Source: a virus (Duplodnaviria > Caudoviricetes). From it: a stretch of 35,025 nt of DNA. The stretch lies in IMG/VR virus record IMGVR_UViG_3300028588_000787, positions 1-35,025 of that record. One strand, written 5' to 3'. The position numbers and the translations under genes were made by a program. The notes under the pieces were generated by a model, which was not told the origin of the DNA, did not search any database, and saw nothing but the letters and a program-made list of their open reading frames with translations. Of the stretch, positions 17,301-28,307 are shown piece after piece (position 1 is the first letter of the stretch; every line of letters begins with the position of its first letter).

Positions 17301-19428
17301 GGCCGTTACTGATAAGTATAGAGTTTTACGTGATAAGGCCAAAGAGCATTATGATGAAGTCAATAAAAAAATACCTAAGAGCAAGCGGGCTGGCTTTGGA
17401 TTAACGCTGTCAGGGTTAAACGATGCCGAGACCGGCGAAAAGGCCGATGTGAAATATAGCCAGGCTGCTAAAAAGCAACTTGAATCATTTGATATTCAAA
17501 AGAAACAGTTCATTGAGTACGAACAATTCAAAGATCAATTCGGTGCGGATCTCGCCGGTAAAAGGTTTAAGAAGGATATTATTGATAATAAGAGTTACTT
17601 AAATGCACTCAAAGCGGAGGCGGCTAAAATAGTAGCTATTCCAGAAATAAAGCGGACCGGGGGCCAGAAAGACCAGTTAACAGAGTTAAACAGACGTATT
17701 GCTGATGAAGTGAACGCTCAGGCGGCTAAGTACGATACTCTGTTACAGCAATTACAAACCTATCAAAGTAAAGAGCAGTCTGAAACAGAGAATTATGCTA
17801 AAAGGCGTGATCAAATTACCGCTAACCCTCTTAATTTAAGCAACAGCCAGCTTGCAGAGCAGTTTAAGAAAGCGGCTGAAGACTATAAAAACAACATTGC
17901 CAACATATCAATGGATGCGCTGGTTAATAGTGATGACTGGAAAAACTTGTTTTCAGATCTTGATAATGTTGCCACTGATAGCATTGATAAATTAAGCAAA
18001 TCTATAGCGGCGAAATCTAAAGAGGTTGGCTCAAAGCTTAATCCGATCGATGTTGCAGCCGTACAGGAAAAACTTGACCAGGCAAAGCGCGTGTTAATTG
18101 AAAGAAATCCTTTTGCAGAGTTAGGGAAAAGTATTTCAGCTGTATTTAGCAAGGGTGCCGATGGTGCAAAAAAGAGTTCGCAGCAAATTAAAACGGATTG
18201 GAATAATTTAGCCGCTGCCACGGCTGGCTCATTCGCTTTCGTAAATGATGCTGTACAAAGTACTCAGTTTTTAAAAGATGCTTTGGGCGATGTTGGCGCT
18301 ACCGCGTTAAGCTCATTAACTGCTACTGCAGCAGTTGCTCTCAGCGTTACAACAGCAATAAAATCAGCAGAGAAAGCATCCGTTGTTCTTGCGGTAATAT
18401 CTGCCGCTCTTGTAGTGGTACAAAGCATCGCAAATGTTTTAAGTTCTGTCTTTGGAGCTAACGATAAAAAGATTGAAAAGCAAATCAAAGGCTATCAATC
18501 GGATTTGGATGCTCTGGAAAGAGGGTTTAAAAAACTTGAGCGCGATGTTGCAGGTTCGGTTGGTGAAGAGTATTACAGCAATAGCCTGAAAGAGGTTGAA
18601 AGCTTAAAGCAACAGCAAGCTATCCTGATCAAACAAAGGGATGCTGAAAGGAGTAAAAAGAAGCCGGATAGTTCAAAACTTTCTGAATTTCAGGATAAAA
18701 TTGATGAAATTCCAAACAAGATAGCTGATATACAGGCAGCGGTGACCGACATGCTTGTCCAAACTAATTTTAAAGATTTTTCAAGCAATTTATCAGATGC
18801 CTTTACAGATGCGTTCGCCAATGGCGAGGACGCGCTGGCCAGCTTTGACAGAGCCTTTAATCAAGTAATCGCCAATTCCATTAAGAAAGGGCTTGAGTTA
18901 AAACTTATACAGCCTGAGGTTGATAAATTCATAAAGGATTATGGCGCATATCTCGAATCTAACGATAGAAACCCGTTAGGCTTTGATTTTGAAGCATACA
19001 GGGCAAAACTTAAACAAAAGGGCGATGAATTTACAGCCGCTCTTGATCCGTTTAAGGAGTTCTTTGAGCCTGCCGATAGTAGTACAGGCAGCGCATTAAA
19101 TAAAACCATCAAGGGAATAACATCAGACCAGGCAAATGCTCTTGAGGGCATAGAGCGTGCTAAATATGATATCCAAAAGCAAAGTTTAAAACTACAGGTT
19201 GATAACAGCTTCAATCAGGGCAAGCAACTTGAAATAGCAACATTCCGCCTAAGGCAATTAGAAATGATACAGGTCAACACAGCTAACACCGTTGAACGCC
19301 TTGATAAAACTATCGGGGAATTAACAACAGCCAATCAAACCTTAAAAGATGGAAATGCCTCTTTAGCAACCATCGCAAGCAATACCAAACAAAAGTCAAC
19401 CGTAAGGGACGGCGGAGCAGTAATATAA
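14381..19428 (+). pseudogene. Tail tape measure protein (~1680 aa), split by a 1-nt deletion at ~14995 (ORFs 14381-15007 and 15067-19428)
   Basis: RNVGNY, TP901-type core (FVDVQRTAKLS..RTS..L), long coiled coil, two hydrophobic segments, KGITSDQANALEG C-terminus. Adding a G in TTG^CACAA reads LAQALAEEKYRQQQ..REMLNAK in frame. May be a sequencing error. Confidence 0.88.
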
Positions 19429-19430
19429 TT

Positions 19431-22043
19431 ATGGCAAAAACAGCAATATATTTTAATGGCGACGTGATTTCGCAATTACAAACGAGTGATCTAATGGTAG
19501 ATCGCCAACTGATGAATGCGAATAAAATAACGGCCGAAATAGAACTACCTGGTAAATTGAATTGCCCTATAGGCAGCTACATCATATTTGAAGGACGTGA
19601 ATATACCGTAAACACCATACCGTCAGTAGAGAAGAGCAGCACCCTTTCATTGAGGTATTCCATCACCTTCGAGTCAGATTTATACAGGTTATTCGATAAA
19701 ATACTGGAACATCTAAACAACAACATGACGTTCCAGTATTACGGCGCGCCTGTAAATTACGCTCAACTGGTAGTTGATAATATCAATATGATTGATGACG
19801 GTTGGATCGTTGGTCCATGTGATGACGCGCCACCGTTGGCCATCGATTTTTTAGATGAAAGTTGCCGCTCTGTATTAGATAAGATCGCAGAAAAATTTAA
19901 GTTTGAGTGGGACTTATCCGGAAAGGTATTGCGCTTTGTTAAGCAGGTAGGAAACGTTACTACGCATACGTTTGAATACGGTCGGGGTAAAGGCCTGTAT
20001 TCTTTAGAGTACCAATACCGCAATGACCGAAATATTGTCACTAAGGCGTTCGGCCGTGGAAGCACCCGCAATTTACCGGAAAACTACCGGGGCGGCATGG
20101 CTAAGTTGGCTTTTGAAGGGCTGTTTGTGACAAAGAACATAAACATCTACCGTGAAAAGCAAGGCGTTTATACCAATGAAGACATTTTTCCAAAGGTCGA
20201 GGGAGCGGTAACTGCTGTTAGCGCCTATGATGACAATGCCGGGTTCTTTACTATCAGTGATGCAGGACTTGCATTCAATCTAAAAAATAACTTCACTACC
20301 CAAACCCCTAAAATATCTTTTTTATCAGGTGAGCTACAAGGTCAGGAGTTTGATATACTTGATTACAATAACGCAACAAAAACGATAAAAGTTAAGACGT
20401 TTACGGATGCCAGTAACAACAAATTACCAAATACGGTATTTCAGGCTGCTATAGGCGATACCTACACGCTATTTGATATGTTGCTTCCACCTGAAGCCGT
20501 AACGGAAGCCGAAAACAGGCTTAAAGCAGCTACTCAGGTTTGGTTGAATGAGAATAGCATTCCGAGGGTGGTTTTCTCATTGCAGTTAGATCCTTTATAT
20601 GCCCGTGATAATGGGATAATATTAAGGCCTGGCGATAAAATTCGTGTGATTGATAGCCAATTAGGTATTGATACCATGATTCGTGTTAATTCAACCAGCT
20701 ATCCTTTTTTATTCCCTGGTACCATAACACCTGAAACTAAGATCAATATTACTCTATCTGATGATGTAACTTATACGCTCGAACAGCGGTTAATTAAAGC
20801 TGATATAACCGCTCAGAAAGATATCAAGATAGTTAACCGGACTAACGCTGAAAAGGCCAGATTAAATAGCTTGAACCTGCGATTATTGCAGGCCCGTATC
20901 TTTAACCCTGATGGCTCGCTGTTCGATGGACCTGAAAGTATAATCGCAGGCATGGCCGCTTTCGGTTACGACTCCCAGAACTTCAATTTGAACGGCGTTG
21001 TAATAAGTGCAAACGCCGGGGCCGATCCAAACGCTTTAAGTTTATCAGCTGGTCAGCTTATTCACTATGCTTACAAAGTTGAGGGGTTGGGTTATACATG
21101 GGAATTGGCGGCTGCATCATTCCCCGCCTTAGATGCTTTGAAGTTCTACTACGTTTACGCTAAATGTAACAAAGCCTCGCTTGCCGGTACCTGGGAAATT
21201 TCAGAAACGCCCGTGTCTGTTAGTGATATTCCCGGCTATTATGCCTTTAACTTGGGCATCTTGTATGAAATTAACACTGATGGCTACCGAATCTTTCAGT
21301 CAACAAAGGGCGTAACCACAATAATAGGAGATCAAATCACTACCGGCGTTATACAAGACATTACAGGGCAAAACTATATTAACCTTAGTACAGGTCAATT
21401 TAACATTGGTGATGCCCTGAGCGGCTTAGATTGGGACGTTAGCAACCCGGAAACATTAACGATCCGTGGTGCCATTGCCAGTGAAGTTATCAGGGTTGGA
21501 TCGGGGGACCTTATCAATGCGCGCATATCTGGTTTAATTGATAATCCGGAAAAGCCAGGTGAGTCCACGAGGTTTGCGGCCGGGCCTACTGATGAGTTCA
21601 AGGTATGGGATAATGGTAAAATGTTTGCAACAAGTGGTCAAATCGGTAACTGGGATATATCTGCAGGTGGCATCTTTAACGATGATGGCACGGCCTATAT
21701 TATAGCCAGAGATTACGACCCCGAGCATCCCGAATTAGGTTCCGCTGAGGCAAGGATTGGAACAAGTGTGTTCTCTGCCAGTACCGGACTTACGGGAGTG
21801 GCTTACTTCGAAAATACTAAGCCCGACGAGCTCGGTACCAACTACGGAATATATGTAAGAGTAACAGGGGCTAATCAAAATATTGCTGCATACTTTGAGG
21901 GTGACGTGGTTGTAAACGGGCGGCTAAAGTTAGGTACCAGCGGGTTAACGGGGTTAAGTACTACAAGAGATATTCAAGTGGGCGGCGACGGATTCAGGCG
22001 GTTTACCTGGACTAACGGAATATTGACATCAATAACAACGTAG
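19431..22043 (+). CDS. Tail tip/baseplate hub protein (Bacteroidota siphovirus type)
   Basis: Follows the TMP; FEYGRGKGLY, GSTRNLP, NEDIFP, GDTYTLFDM..P..AE..L, GQIGNW motifs. Confidence 0.85.
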   Translation: MAKTAIYFNGDVISQLQTSDLMVDRQLMNANKITAEIELPGKLNCPIGSYIIFEGREYTVNTIPSVEKSSTLSLRYSITFESDLYRLFDKILEHLNNNMTFQYYGAPVNYAQLVVDNINMIDDGWIVGPCDDAPPLAIDFLDESCRSVLDKIAEKFKFEWDLSGKVLRFVKQVGNVTTHTFEYGRGKGLYSLEYQYRNDRNIVTKAFGRGSTRNLPENYRGGMAKLAFEGLFVTKNINIYREKQGVYTNEDIFPKVEGAVTAVSAYDDNAGFFTISDAGLAFNLKNNFTTQTPKISFLSGELQGQEFDILDYNNATKTIKVKTFTDASNNKLPNTVFQAAIGDTYTLFDMLLPPEAVTEAENRLKAATQVWLNENSIPRVVFSLQLDPLYARDNGIILRPGDKIRVIDSQLGIDTMIRVNSTSYPFLFPGTITPETKINITLSDDVTYTLEQRLIKADITAQKDIKIVNRTNAEKARLNSLNLRLLQARIFNPDGSLFDGPESIIAGMAAFGYDSQNFNLNGVVISANAGADPNALSLSAGQLIHYAYKVEGLGYTWELAAASFPALDALKFYYVYAKCNKASLAGTWEISETPVSVSDIPGYYAFNLGILYEINTDGYRIFQSTKGVTTIIGDQITTGVIQDITGQNYINLSTGQFNIGDALSGLDWDVSNPETLTIRGAIASEVIRVGSGDLINARISGLIDNPEKPGESTRFAAGPTDEFKVWDNGKMFATSGQIGNWDISAGGIFNDDGTAYIIARDYDPEHPELGSAEARIGTSVFSASTGLTGVAYFENTKPDELGTNYGIYVRVTGANQNIAAYFEGDVVVNGRLKLGTSGLTGLSTTRDIQVGGDGFRRFTWTNGILTSITT

Positions 22044-22122
22044 GTGTATTTAAGCTCTTATCTATCAGAAGCGGTAAAATAGTAATTCAACCATCCATTC
22101 AAAAACACATTAAATTGTAAGT

Positions 22123-22467
22123 ATGGCAATAACGCTAACAAGGGTTAATGAAGATAATTATAGACCGGATCGAGCCGGGAATCTAATGTTATTTGATTTG
22201 CCTAATAACAACCATCACTATTTTTATAGTAATGAGTTTACAGCCCGTTTCTCTGAGGCTGGCACATTATTTTCCATCATAGTCAACAATAAGTTCATTG
22301 TTCAAAAAGAACTCTATTCAGATATTACCAATGGCAATACGGGCCAACAGTTTTTAAACGGGGGTGCTGTTGAATTTTATATTCAGCAATTCATTAATGG
22401 TGAGGAAATACCTAACCCCGGAAACAGCACACTACCGTACCAATTACCTTTTAAACTAACATTATAA
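22123..22467 (+). CDS. Hypothetical tail-associated adaptor protein
   Basis: Between hub and fibre; ends in LPYQLPFKL, a type of ending often seen before fibre genes. Confidence 0.6.
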   Translation: MAITLTRVNEDNYRPDRAGNLMLFDLPNNNHHYFYSNEFTARFSEAGTLFSIIVNNKFIVQKELYSDITNGNTGQQFLNGGAVEFYIQQFINGEEIPNPGNSTLPYQLPFKLTL

Positions 22468-22469
22468 TA

Positions 22470-24749
22470 ATGGCATCTAACAAAGTGACATTCGCCGATA
22501 AGGCAGTAGACGGCATAGTTTCGTCTACAGATATTAACGAACTGAAATCCGCAGCAAACGGTGGCATTGATGATGCTGAGGCAGCGCGGATAATAGCCGC
22601 GGCTGCGATAACTGAAAGCCAACTAACGGCGGCTTTAGCCTTAAAGGTTGATGCGGTCGCAGGTAGTACCCTTATGACCGGTCAGCAAGCGGCCGATCTA
22701 CAAGCCATAAAAACGCTTGTTATACCTGGTAGTGCTGATGCTGATAATGTCATTAATAGTTTAGTAGAAATTATCAAGGCCTTTGAAAATAATCCAGAGG
22801 GTTTTAATATTGCTTTAGCTCTTTCAGGCAAACTTGACGTTGCTACTTTCACTGCTTATCAAACAGCTATCACGGCAGCACTTGCCGGTAAAGTAAACGT
22901 TAATGGTACCGATAGGTTAATGACATTGACTGAGGCTGACAGAATAAACGCATCAGTCAGCAATGCCGACTTAATAGCAGGGTTGTCTTCAAAGGTTGAT
23001 AAGGTAGCCGGGAGCAGCCTCATCACAGCTCAACAGCTTGCCGATCTGCAAGCAATGAAGTCTTTGATTATTCCCGGCTCTGCTGATACTGATACGGTGA
23101 TTAATGCATTCAATGAGGTTATCAGCGTATTTGAGAACTCACCTGAGGGCTTTAACATTGCGCAGGCGATGCTTTTAAAATTGGATGCCGCAACCTTTGC
23201 CGCCTATCAAACCGCGATAACGTCCGCTCTTGCTTTGAAGCAAGATAAGGAAACAGGTAAAGGTTTAAGTACCAACGATTACACTACCACGGATAAAAAC
23301 AAAGTAGGTTCGATCCCTGACAGTTTCCTGCCTTACCTCGGCCAGGTCGCAACACGATGTGTTCAGCCCCGAAACTTCAATGCTGGTATAACTTACTTAA
23401 TGGCCAGATCGGTACATTTTGCAAAAGATACTATTGTTAACCCAATACTGGTAATGCCTAATTACAGTATTATCAATCATGCTGACGTTGCCAACGGCCC
23501 TGGCACTGTAAAGGTTGCCATTGAGTACCCTGCCGGTGTATTTACCCTATCAAATGAGAACAAGGCAAACGGAAACAATCCCGTAACATTCCCGGCCGGT
23601 TTATTGCCCTTGAACTTTGCTATCACCATACCTAAAAATGCAAAGTTTTATGTTAGAACATATTTCTTAAACCCGACCGGCCTTGCTTGGTTCCAGTATC
23701 AAAGCGGTTATATTATACCATCAGAGGAGTTTTGCGATTTAGGATCAGGCAGCGGTACGGATAAAACAACGGTAGCTTCAAATAGCACCGCGACAAATTC
23801 AACCTTTTCACCAGTTTTGATTTTAGCGCCTACCGCTCAGCCAGCTGTTGCCATCATTGGCGATAGTAGAGAGGAGGGCGGAACGGAGCAAATAACGGAT
23901 TCAGGTTTTGACGTAGGTTTAACAGCTCGCACAATTGGCCGGTTATTCGGTTACACCTCTTTAGCTGAGGCAAGCTCATTGATGGCACAATGGAATGCCT
24001 CAACCCGTACTTATAGAGATATGATACTGAGGGGCACTATACCGGTCGTTGGCGATGGTGTTAAGCCATACTTTACGCATATTAGCAATGAGTACGGCGT
24101 AAATGACCTTTCAAACAATGATACAGCGGTTAATTTAGCAGCTAAGAGGGCTGTTTTCGCGGCATTATATCCGAAATCGGTAGTTATTGGCCATACCTTG
24201 TTACCTTATGATATTTCAACCGATGGCTGGGCTTCAAAAGCGAATCAGGGGTTAGGTACTAATCAGGCTAAAATAGCAGCGTTTAATGATTTGGTTAGGG
24301 CAGGTATTGCCGGCGAAGTATTTTATTGGGACACGGCTAATGCGGTTGACCCTTATCGCGAAAACAAATATCCTGTTACCCGCAATCCTAACGATGCTGC
24401 CCGATCTACTAATTGCCAGTTTACCGGTGCAATTTCAGGCACTACGTTAACAGTGAGCGCGGTCGCCTCGGGTGCTTTAGCAGTTGGCGATACCATTACC
24501 GATAACTTAACCACTGGAGGCTCTGTTCAACCTGGTACACGCATAACCGCATTAGGCACCGGCACCGGTAATATTGGCACTTATACAGTCAGCAAAAATC
24601 ATTCTGCATTCCCTTATGCCGGGTCTGTGGCAGCTAAAACGATGTACACAGGGGCGTTCGCCACTAATGACGGTTTACATCAAACAGCGGCTTTAAGTGA
24701 GTTGATTCGTGATAGCGGAGTTATAAACCTTAATTATATAAGGCGATAG
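22470..24749 (+). CDS. Tail fibre/receptor-binding protein with duplicated shaft and C-terminal SGNH/GDSL esterase
   Basis: [17 protein letters not shown] fibre motif; two ~83-aa repeats (aa 59 and aa 175); IIGDS, EYGVND and DGLH SGNH blocks. Confidence 0.8.
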   Translation: MASNKVTFADKAVDGIVSSTDINELKSAANGGIDDAEAARIIAAAAITESQLTAALALKVDAVAGSTLMTGQQAADLQAIKTLVIPGSADADNVINSLVEIIKAFENNPEGFNIALALSGKLDVATFTAYQTAITAALAGKVNVNGTDRLMTLTEADRINASVSNADLIAGLSSKVDKVAGSSLITAQQLADLQAMKSLIIPGSADTDTVINAFNEVISVFENSPEGFNIAQAMLLKLDAATFAAYQTAITSALALKQDKETGKGLSTNDYTTTDKNKVGSIPDSFLPYLGQVATRCVQPRNFNAGITYLMARSVHFAKDTIVNPILVMPNYSIINHADVANGPGTVKVAIEYPAGVFTLSNENKANGNNPVTFPAGLLPLNFAITIPKNAKFYVRTYFLNPTGLAWFQYQSGYIIPSEEFCDLGSGSGTDKTTVASNSTATNSTFSPVLILAPTAQPAVAIIGDSREEGGTEQITDSGFDVGLTARTIGRLFGYTSLAEASSLMAQWNASTRTYRDMILRGTIPVVGDGVKPYFTHISNEYGVNDLSNNDTAVNLAAKRAVFAALYPKSVVIGHTLLPYDISTDGWASKANQGLGTNQAKIAAFNDLVRAGIAGEVFYWDTANAVDPYRENKYPVTRNPNDAARSTNCQFTGAISGTTLTVSAVASGALAVGDTITDNLTTGGSVQPGTRITALGTGTGNIGTYTVSKNHSAFPYAGSVAAKTMYTGAFATNDGLHQTAALSELIRDSGVINLNYIRR

Positions 24750-24767
24750 CATTAATTATATAAATGG

Positions 24768-24801
24768 ATAACGACCTGCATCAAAAATGGCAGGTCGTTA
24801 T
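24768..24801 (+). terminator. Terminator-like hairpin after the tail operon
   Basis: ATAACGACCTGC / GCAGGTCGTTAT, perfect 12-bp stem followed by TTAT. Confidence 0.7.
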
Positions 24802-24959
24802 TTATGTGGCGAAATCGCCTTAATCAAAAAAGCCAAATATTAATGACGGGCCATATTTGCAATGTCTTGGTTTTGGCTAATCACTTCCTACCGTCAATCA
24901 GTTTTAGGCTCGCGGCATACGTTCGCAAAAATTGCTCCGGACCAAGTGAGCGATACTAA

Positions 24960-24999
24960 CATTACGATAGACCTACTCGCATTACCATGGACCTACTCG
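24960..24999. repeat. Tandem 20-bp repeat, 2 copies
   Basis: CATTACGATAGACCTACTCG / CATTACCATGGACCTACTCG (18/20 identical). Confidence 0.7.
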
Positions 25000-25117
25000 G
25001 GCATAGCAGCTTAAGCGTTCACAAGGCTTATGTTCGTGAGATTAGCCAGAGCGAGATTCTGGATGGTGCAGCGGGTAAGATATTTAAGTAAGTTATTGAG
25101 CCTTTATAAAAAGAAAG

Positions 25118-25693
25118 TTATTTCTTTTCCCCATTTTGATAAACAGTACTTTCATACTTGTCATAAAAGCAAATATCAATTGGCTCAGTATTATTAAAAA
25201 TTAGTTGCGCATGTTTCTCGTCTACAAGTTCGTAAGATGTAGCATTATTTAAATTCTCTAACGTTTGTAAATATCCAGCTGTCGAGAACTTATTAAAAAT
25301 AGCAAAACCACCGCATTCAAAGATTATAAATTTAGCTAGCCCATGTTGTCTTGCATTAATAATGCTTATACCCTGTGGTATTTCAACAGGTGTATAAGTG
25401 GGCCTTTTGTGCTGTGTTGGGTTATTAAGAATGGGCATAAGTCCCTTATATCTTTCTGTGGCCCCCCAATTAAAAACATACTCGCCACCTTCAACCTCTC
25501 CTTCTAAATAGTATTTGCCTTCTTTGCGTACCAGCATATTTATACCACCATCATCATGAGATGGACCTAAGATGAGTCCGCCTTGTGTGCCATCGACCGC
25601 TGAGCCATTTTGAAGCATCCCTCACACTTCTGCAATCCCGTAAGGCTTTTTATAATAAGGAATTTTATCAATGATGTCGCTAAAAATGCTCAT
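25118..25693 (-). CDS. Protein with GPSHxxGG..EVEGGE motif; ORF from 25618, or from 25693 with an in-frame TGA at 25624-25622
   Basis: GGLILGPSHDDGGI..EVEGGEYV; the upstream in-frame ATG gives MSIFSDIIDKIPYYKKPYGIAEV*GMLQ. Confidence 0.65.
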
Positions 25694-25719
25694 ATATTAT
25701 TATGGTGAATTGCGGCTAT

Positions 25720-25771
25720 TGTCAATTAGCATTAAAACGTTAAAGGCTTGTTGTATTAGTGCTAATTGACA
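25720..25771. repeat. 12-bp inverted repeat with 28-nt spacer
   Basis: TGTCAATTAGCA / TGCTAATTGACA. Confidence 0.6.
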
Positions 25772-25799
25772 CAAGTGACAAATTTTGAGTCAAAACCGA

Positions 25800-26735
25800 C
25801 TATGTGAGATCGTGCCCATAAACCAAGGCCTTTAAATAATAGTCGTGACCGGCTTCGGTGGCCTTAAACATGCGCATGCTATTGACCTCTTTTTGGTAAA
25901 TCTTATAAGAAACAAGTTTTTCTATCGCTAACTTCAAGCTTGTTTCTCCAGCTGAGGCAAACTCATAATCCCTAGTAAATTTCACAATATCAAAAGGATC
26001 TGGTCCTAATAGTAAAAATAACTCATATAAGTTTTCCGCACCTTCTAAATTATTTACACCCTCTGAAGTTAAAAGTAAGGTTACTTGATCAAACGTTAAG
26101 CCGTTATAAGTTGAATTGTCCGGTTTCGCTTTTGTCAGAGATTCTCTTAACTCTTGATTCTCTTTTGTCAGCTTAGCAATCTGTTCACTAATTAAAGAAT
26201 TATTTACGCCTCGATCTCCTCTGATCCATCCTATCAAATCATTATTATGCGACAGTTCTGACAGCTTGCGAGTTGTGTATATTGTAATGTCCTTTATATC
26301 AACGCAGGTATTCACCAATTTTGATCTAATCGTTGCCTTGAAGTCTTTATACAGAGGTACGTTGTCCTCTTCTTTAACATCACTGATTTTAACGCCTGGT
26401 GCCTTGGCTTTAAGCTCAATATAGCTTTCATCTAAAACTAATGCAAATAATGACTTTCCTTGCTCCAATGCATAATTATACTCCATGTGAGTATAACTTA
26501 AGCCAGTAGTAGCATCTATGCTACCATACCGGCCGCCTAACAAAAGCATGTACACGTCCGATTCATCGATCCATCGTTTAATTACATTCCACTGGGATTG
26601 ATCACCAGCTGTAAAGAGCTCCATACCAGCGGGAATGTGACCGGCTGTTAATATTGCCTCAACGGCAGCTTGACGCTCAACTTTTAAGTCAGTAAAAGTT
26701 GATGAGACAAATACTTGTAATTTTCTATTTTGCAT
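25800..26735 (-). CDS. DUF4062-domain protein (TIR/nucleoside deoxyribosyltransferase-like fold) with coiled coil
   Basis: VFVSSTFTDLKVERQA..PAGMELF..IDESDVY..GGRYGS..SYTHMEY. Confidence 0.9.
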   Translation of the reverse strand: MQNRKLQVFVSSTFTDLKVERQAAVEAILTAGHIPAGMELFTAGDQSQWNVIKRWIDESDVYMLLLGGRYGSIDATTGLSYTHMEYNYALEQGKSLFALVLDESYIELKAKAPGVKISDVKEEDNVPLYKDFKATIRSKLVNTCVDIKDITIYTTRKLSELSHNNDLIGWIRGDRGVNNSLISEQIAKLTKENQELRESLTKAKPDNSTYNGLTFDQVTLLLTSEGVNNLEGAENLYELFLLLGPDPFDIVKFTRDYEFASAGETSLKLAIEKLVSYKIYQKEVNSMRMFKATEAGHDYYLKALVYGHDLT

Positions 26736-26739
26736 GACG

Positions 26740-26955
26740 TTATTTACCTACCGACTCTAAGCGTTCTTTAACAGTTTCAATATTATGTTGAACCGTAAAA
26801 TAATTACCTTTCTCACCGGTGTAAATTACGGTTTCCTTACTGTTATTAGCTGCATTACTAAAACCTGTAATCAATTCAGGGTTTATAAATAAGCGCCTTC
26901 CGCCTCTTTCAAATTCTACAAACTTTGCCATATGATTTTTTGGAAATATAAGCAT
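26740..26955 (-). CDS. Small FlbD-like phage protein (probably starts at the internal MAKFVEF)
   Basis: LFINPELI..TVI..FTV..IETVKERL pattern. Confidence 0.55.
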   Translation of the reverse strand: MLIFPKNHMAKFVEFERGGRRLFINPELITGFSNAANNSKETVIYTGEKGNYFTVQHNIETVKERLESVGK

Positions 26956-27012
26956 TTGTCTTAATCGGTGGATGACAGCCGACGTAAAAGAAAGTATTTA
27001 TACATTTAGGAA

Positions 27013-27102
27013 ATGACGAACAAAGAAAGGTCTATTGAAAATTTAGTGTTTTACCTGATGATTGGCGCGGCCGTTATCGGCCTTATTCGTGCTTTTTTGT
27101 AA
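27013..27102 (+). CDS. 29-aa membrane micro-peptide (MTNKERSIENLVFYLMIGAAVIGLIRAFL); not in ORF track
   Basis: ATG-TAA frame with one hydrophobic helix, preceded by TACATTTA, a -7-like box. Confidence 0.45.
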   Translation: MTNKERSIENLVFYLMIGAAVIGLIRAFL

Positions 27103-27570
27103 TTAAGCGCAGATCTGGTGATTCCGGTCTAAATAGCAAATGTAAAATACTGACTTGTCCCGAAACCCATGCACGCGAATCTTACTGCTAACTCTTAGCT
27201 CTATAAAAGTAGTATTAGGGTCTAGGGTGCTTGTAAATGCGGGTTTGTTGTATTGCGCTATAGATATCGGAGTAGGAGCGTAGCCAGCTTTGTTTTGACC
27301 CTTGCCGCCTTGTTGTTTAAGCTCTTTCCATTTCAAGTGGTGAATGTCCCGGTTAAACTCCCAAAAAATGTCCATTTCGTTTTTTGTCCATTCGCTGAAA
27401 CACTGAAAATCGTTTTGCAGAAGTCTCAAGGAGATAAAGACAGTTGCCTCGTCACCTGGTTCTAAATAACTATGAATGAACGCCGCATTCTTGTTAATAT
27501 ATTTATTCTGACTTTTATCGGCTGCTGTTTTAGGTATTAAACTCGGGCCTTTCTTTTGACCTCCCGACAC
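27103..27570 (-). CDS. Putative RelE-fold toxin paired with a Panacea antitoxin
   Basis: ELRVSSKIRVHGFRDKSVFYICYLDRNHQI; start overlaps the antitoxin stop. Confidence 0.65.
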   Translation of the reverse strand: MSGGQKKGPSLIPKTAADKSQNKYINKNAAFIHSYLEPGDEATVFISLRLLQNDFQCFSEWTKNEMDIFWEFNRDIHHLKWKELKQQGGKGQNKAGYAPTPISIAQYNKPAFTSTLDPNTTFIELRVSSKIRVHGFRDKSVFYICYLDRNHQICA

Positions 27571-28028
27571 TATGATAATGTAGCATAGTAGGCTTTCATA
27601 GCCTCTAAAGTTATTTCATTGTTACAGCGTGCGTAACTAGGTAGGCCATTGCGAGCATCAATCCACGGGGCTTCAGAGTGAGTAAGGTCTTCAAGGTAGC
27701 TTGAAGTGTGCTCACCATAAACCTGTTGTATCTCGTTTAATAAATCACTGGTTCTTTCGTCGAAATCAACTTTCTCGACATCAATTGTCGCAAAGTGTAT
27801 TGGCATATAAACCTGGTGATGTTGAAGACGATCATAAACAGAACGTATCACTGGTCCGTGCATCCAAGCTTCGACGCGTTCTTCAAATAAAGGTTCGCCG
27901 AACAGCGTATAGTTCCATGCTTGAGCGTAATATACAAGCTTCTGTAGCTTCAAATGCGAAATAGTATCACCTGATGTTGATTTAACATTAAGTAAAAAGA
28001 AATCGGCTATCTGGTTTGCTGTGTACAT
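27570..28028 (-). CDS. Panacea-domain antitoxin (SocA/GepA/DUF4065)
   Basis: ISHLKLQKLVYYAQAW, EAWMHGPV, LTHSEAPW. Confidence 0.92.
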   Translation of the reverse strand: MYTANQIADFFLLNVKSTSGDTISHLKLQKLVYYAQAWNYTLFGEPLFEERVEAWMHGPVIRSVYDRLQHHQVYMPIHFATIDVEKVDFDERTSDLLNEIQQVYGEHTSSYLEDLTHSEAPWIDARNGLPSYARCNNEITLEAMKAYYATLS

Positions 28029-28307
28029 TTGTTAACAAAGTTATCAACTATAACCGTTAACTTTTGCAGGGTGTTTAGAATAAGTTCATTATAATGAAAT
28101 ACAATAAGAAACAATATTATTATTGCGTTTTCAACGGCGTTGTTGAGGTTTGAATATTTATTGTATTGTACAATATAACAATTAGTAATACTGTAATGAT
28201 AAAGTTATTAACAATTGATGGTTTTGACCATGGTTATTCACATTAAAAAATCTATGTTTTAACATTTAAGTTACCCGCATTGAAGCTATGCACAAGTATA
28301 AAACAAA

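Noticed and set aside
16899-21728. Several minus-strand ORFs within the TMP and hub genes (also those at 159-971, 4136-5107, 7017-7917)
   Set aside because: Antisense shadows of long genes, with no recognisable motifs.
12775-24749. Complete prophage or tailocin
   Set aside because: No recognisable head, TerL, tail tube/sheath or lysis genes, while replication and TerS genes argue against a simple tailocin.
24960-24999. Possible CRISPR mini-array
   Set aside because: Two adjacent 20-bp units with no spacers; no cas genes or repeat-spacer arrays seen anywhere in the window.
22470-25100. Diversity-generating retroelement acting on the fibre
   Set aside because: No reverse transcriptase and no adenine-specific TR/VR pair; the internal repeat is an old, diverged duplication.
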